Shown piece by piece: positions 60,428 through 64,000 of a DNA stretch of 64,000 nt (within the stretch, counting starts at the first letter, position 1; every line of letters begins with the position of its first letter). This stretch comes from Clostridia bacterium (GTDB lineage: Bacteria > Bacillota > Clostridia > TANB77 > CAG-465), in assembly GCA_029256705.1 (NCBI GenBank), contig JAQSXK010000010.1, positions 10,317 to 74,316 of the forward strand, written 5' to 3'. The notes under the pieces are model-generated. The model was not told the DNA's origin. It was given only the letters and a program-made list of their open reading frames with translations, and made no database searches. Both the position numbers and the translations under genes were made by a program.

Positions 60428-63400
60428 ATGAAGAAAAGAATAGGAGTAATATTTTTTACATTAATTGTTTGTTCTTTACTTATTACACTGTTAAATGAAA
60501 ATAATGATCTAATAGGAATAGGACAAGTTGAAACATCACAAGCAGAGCAAACAGAAGAATTAACAGTAAAATACAAGACAACTAATAGTATCGCAATATC
60601 ATGGGAAGATATGCAGATACCAGAAACAGTTGTAAAATATAATATATATAAAAACGAACAATTTATAACAACAATAACAGATAAATCTTATATATATGCT
60701 AGTCTTATTAGTGATACGGCATATAATTTTAAGGTTGATTTTTTAACTGCGGAAGATAGTATTGTTATGTCAAAATCAATAAATAATATTATGCCAGCTA
60801 AAACAATATCAACATTTAATCAAAACATGATTTTAGAAAAAGACACATATTATATAACTGCAACCACTATACCAGCTGGTATAACAATTGATGTAGCTGC
60901 TGGAAGTATAATTAAATTTTATTCAGGATCAACACTAACAATAAATGGAACATTAAAATTAAATGGAACAGATTTAGAAAAGGTAATATTTACATCAATT
61001 GCAGACATAGGGAATGGATGTGATGCAAATTATTATTGGAAACAAGTTATAGTAAATTCTACTGGAGTATTTGAGACAAATAATGCAATTATTAGATATG
61101 GTGGTATAAATACAGATTGGTATTTAAATAGTTATGGAATAATAAATTTTGAAAATACACAAGTAAGCGATTTGAGATCATATGGCACATCCCTAAATTC
61201 GGGAAGTATTGAAATAATAAATAGCAATATACAAAACACAAATAATTTTAATAATTTAACAAATATAGATATACAAAATAGCACACTTTATGAAATTAAA
61301 ATAACGTATAATAATTCAATACAGGAGAATAACACTAAAATATTAAATAATAGTATAACCAGAGGCATGACATATACACCTAATATGTACTCTACATCAA
61401 TAATACAAAATAATATAACAACCGGTGGAGCTGGTTCATCACTAAGAATATATTTAGCAAATGCTAATAAAAATATAATAAAAGATTTTTCAAATAATGC
61501 AAATAGTGAAGTGTTTCAATATGGAGAAATACAAATACTATCAATGCCTACTGTTTCAGATATGATTTTTCCAAAGGCAATATATTATGTAGATAGTATT
61601 ACAATACCAGAAGGTATAACCATGGATATCCCAGCAGGAAGTATGATTAAAATAGGTGATAGTAGAAGATTAACAATAAATGGAACATTAAAACTAAATG
61701 GAAACGAAGAAAAGAAAGTAATAATTACATCAATAAGAGATGTAGGATATGGAGCTGTTTATTATTTCGATCAAATTCTAGTAGGATATACTGGAAATTT
61801 TGAAGCGACTGATGCGATTATAAGATATGGAGGTACATATAATTATAAGTATTTAGATAGTTATGGAACAGTTAAATTTAGAAATACACAAATAAATAAT
61901 ACATATGCTGGATCAACATTCAATTCAGGAAATGTAGAAATAATTAATAGTAACATAGAAAAACTTATTAACTTTAATAATTTAACGAATATAAATATAC
62001 AAAGCAGTTTAATATTCGATGCTAGTATAGTATACAATAATCAAACGCAACAAAATAATATTAATATTTTAAGTAATACCATAACAAATGGAATTAAGTT
62101 TACACCTAATATATTGTCACAACCTAATATAAAGGATAATATAACTACATCATATTATTATCCGATAAATTTTACATGTACAAATAGTAACGCTAATATT
62201 TTTAAAAATATTAGTAATAATAGAAATCTAAATTATATATTTTATGAAAGTATTAATTTAAATGGTACAATCAATAATTTAAAGTTAACAAATAATAATG
62301 AATATATGTTAGGAAATATTATTATACCTGTTGATAAATTATTAGAGATAGAATCAAAAACAAAATGTAAGTTAGAACAATATTCACTGATTACAGTCGA
62401 TGGTAAGTTAGTTATTAATGGGACAAATCAAGATAATGTTTTATTAACTAATATAACAGATAATACATCATCGCGTAATTATAGAGGAATTAAAATTAAT
62501 AGTACAGGTGTTGCACTTATTAATAATATGGTAATGAGATATTGTGGATATAATGGTTATCCGTCATCTCCTGGAATAGAAAATAATGGACAGTTATATT
62601 TAGTAAATAGTAGTATAACAAATATTCAAAGTTACAATGCATTAGTGTATAATACAAGTGTAACAGATCAGATATTAAAATATAACTATATTGGTGGATC
62701 AACAACAACTAATATCCCTTTAGAAGCTTCATATAACTATTGGGGTGCAGCTAATGGACCTAGGAGATATAATCCTGTAACAAAAAATTATGAAGGTAGC
62801 GGTAGTTCAGTAGATACTAATACAACTTGGAATCCATATAATACAACTTTTTTAAAAGCAGAGATAATATTAGATACCCATATAAATGATACATTAAATA
62901 TGGAAAGACAGCATTTTGGTGAGGCTGGTATAAATGGTTATACTGGAAATTATTCAAAAACATATGATGATTTGAATATAGTTATACCAAATATAGATTT
63001 AAAATTCACAAGAACATATAATTCTAAAAATACTGGTTCAGATATAATAGGTAAAGGTTGGACATTTGGCTTTAGCTCAAAGGTTGAAGTTAATCTATTA
63101 GATAGTAATATAGTATACGTATATTTACCTAATGGTAGTATAAATACATTTACTAAACAAGGTGATGGTACATTTATATCAAATGATTCTAGAAATATAC
63201 TTAGTATTGAAAGTGGAAGATATGTTTTAACAACTAAAGAACAAACAAAATATAGATTCAATGATAATAAATATTTGTATAGCATATTAGATAAGTATGG
63301 GAATAATACTAGTATTACTGTTGATACAACAGGAAAAATAACTAATATATATGATTATTCTGGTAGAGTATATACAATTGCTTATACAAATAATAAGGTT

Positions 63401-64000
63401 AGTAGTATAACAGATCCTATAAACAGAAAAATTACTTATAACTATAATGCACAAGGTTTGTTATATGAAGTTATAGGGGTAAATGGAAAATCTACTTATT
63501 ACGAATATAATGAAAATAGTTATATGACATGTATAAAAGAAGCTAATGATGCAAATCAAATAATAACAGTGCAAACTATGACATATATAGAAGATAGTGT
63601 AAGCGGATATAGAGTAGCCACTTTAAAAGATGAATCAGGAAAGATAGATACATATTCATATAATACAATTGAAAAATCTACAACTATAACAGATCAAAAT
63701 AATAGGATAACAAAAAAGTATTTCGATACAAATGGGTACACTATAAAAATAGTAGAACCTAGTAATTTAGAAACTTTAATTACATATGATACTTTAAATG
63801 GTATTAATAAATATGGAGAGGTAAAATCTAAAACTGAAATAACAGGGCAAATTACTACTTATGATAGAGATTCTAATGGTAATGTTATAAAACAAACTAA
63901 TTCTGATGGTAGTTATAAGACTTATGAATATAACACAAAAAATAGTTTAACTAAGGAAATAGATGAAAATCAAAACATAACACAAAATTTTTATTCTGTA
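60428..64000 (+). CDS. Rhs/YD-repeat polymorphic toxin precursor, N-terminal 1191 aa (3' end lies outside the window)
   Basis: This gene is absent from the ORF track because it has no stop in the window. A GGGAGG SD precedes the start. I read the frame through and spot-checked it at four places. It encodes a signal peptide (MKKRIGVIFFTLIVCSLLITLL), an FN3-like domain, three beta-helix-like modules, the Rhs N-terminal hallmark (LKFTRTYNS...GKGWTFGF), and then YD repeats (G....Y.YD..G.L). Confidence 0.85.
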   Translation, partial: MKKRIGVIFFTLIVCSLLITLLNENNDLIGIGQVETSQAEQTEELTVKYKTTNSIAISWEDMQIPETVVKYNIYKNEQFITTITDKSYIYASLISDTAYNFKVDFLTAEDSIVMSKSINNIMPAKTISTFNQNMILEKDTYYITATTIPAGITIDVAAGSIIKFYSGSTLTINGTLKLNGTDLEKVIFTSIADIGNGCDANYYWKQVIVNSTGVFETNNAIIRYGGINTDWYLNSYGIINFENTQVSDLRSYGTSLNSGSIEIINSNIQNTNNFNNLTNIDIQNSTLYEIKITYNNSIQENNTKILNNSITRGMTYTPNMYSTSIIQNNITTGGAGSSLRIYLANANKNIIKDFSNNANSEVFQYGEIQILSMPTVSDMIFPKAIYYVDSITIPEGITMDIPAGSMIKIGDSRRLTINGTLKLNGNEEKKVIITSIRDVGYGAVYYFDQILVGYTGNFEATDAIIRYGGTYNYKYLDSYGTVKFRNTQINNTYAGSTFNSGNVEIINSNIEKLINFNNLTNINIQSSLIFDASIVYNNQTQQNNINILSNTITNGIKFTPNILSQPNIKDNITTSYYYPINFTCTNSNANIFKNISNNRNLNYIFYESINLNGTINNLKLTNNNEYMLGNIIIPVDKLLEIESKTKCKLEQYSLITVDGKLVINGTNQDNVLLTNITDNTSSRNYRGIKINSTGVALINNMVMRYCGYNGYPSSPGIENNGQLYLVNSSITNIQSYNALVYNTSVTDQILKYNYIGGSTTTNIPLEASYNYWGAANGPRRYNPVTKNYEGSGSSVDTNTTWNPYNTTFLKAEIILDTHINDTLNMERQHFGEAGINGYTGNYSKTYDDLNIVIPNIDLKFTRTYNSKNTGSDIIGKGWTFGFSSKVEVNLLDSNIVYVYLPNGSINTFTKQGDGTFISNDSRNILSIESGRYVLTTKEQTKYRFNDNKYLYSILDKYGNNTSITVDTTGKITNIYDYSGRVYTIAYTNNKVSSITDPINRKITYNYNAQGLLYEVIGVNGKSTYYEYNENSYMTCIKEANDANQIITVQTMTYIEDSVSGYRVATLKDESGKIDTYSYNTIEKSTTITDQNNRITKKYFDTNGYTIKIVEPSNLETLITYDTLNGINKYGEVKSKTEITGQITTYDRDSNGNVIKQTNSDGSYKTYEYNTKNSLTKEIDENQNITQNFYSV

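Noticed and set aside
60394-60576. The minus-strand ORF 60394..60576, plus 62520..62708 and 62950..63285, listed where the track shows no + strand gene.
   Set aside because: The + strand frame from 60428 is open to the window end and encodes recognisable Rhs/YD motifs. The minus-strand ORFs are shadows of it.

Overview
This is a very AT-rich chromosomal segment of a spore-forming, Clostridia-type Firmicute (spoVFB, a Spo0E-like gene and a YjcZ-like peptide are present). Genes lie almost entirely on the + strand, with strong Shine-Dalgarno sites and many clear intrinsic terminators. The backbone is housekeeping: argS 3' end, ttcA-like, dapA, rumA-type methyltransferase, mgtA, an MFS transporter, fhs, xth, der, a ydbC-like gene, pfkA, a class A PBP, lexA, spoVFB, a CCA-enzyme-like gene, an HD-GYP protein, tRNA-Met, an ABC-2 transporter and an Fe-alcohol dehydrogenase. 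There are two metal cassettes, cadC-cadA and arsR-arsD-arsA, and the ars cassette has no pump gene. The stand-out feature is a roughly 16.4 kb block (18.15-34.5 kb) between pfkA and the PBP gene. It holds four co-oriented giant paralogs of 1175-1312 aa, and a fifth family member lies at 41.7-44.2 kb. All five share a type IV pilin-like N-terminal module: a basic residue, Gly, about 22 hydrophobic residues with no Glu at +5, then a conserved head of about 110 aa. The four tandem genes continue with shuffled Ig-like repeat cassettes. The C-terminal payloads differ: an unknown jelly-roll-like domain, a Bsp-like repeat plus LamG-like domain, two glycine-rich ALK/LTK-GRD-like domains, and a 14-blade RCC1 array. 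Two of the giant genes sit in a tandemly duplicated cassette, each preceded by a near-identical 156-aa membrane-anchored beta-sandwich gene. No pilus assembly genes, sortase signals, transposases or phage genes are visible in the window. The window ends inside a large Rhs/YD-repeat polymorphic-toxin gene (60428 onward) that the ORF track misses because it has no stop in the window. Other points of note are an untracked 48-aa Cys/Gly-rich tiny membrane peptide, an fhs gene whose 3' end is replaced exactly at a hairpin next to the cad cassette, and several well-defined operator and promoter sites.
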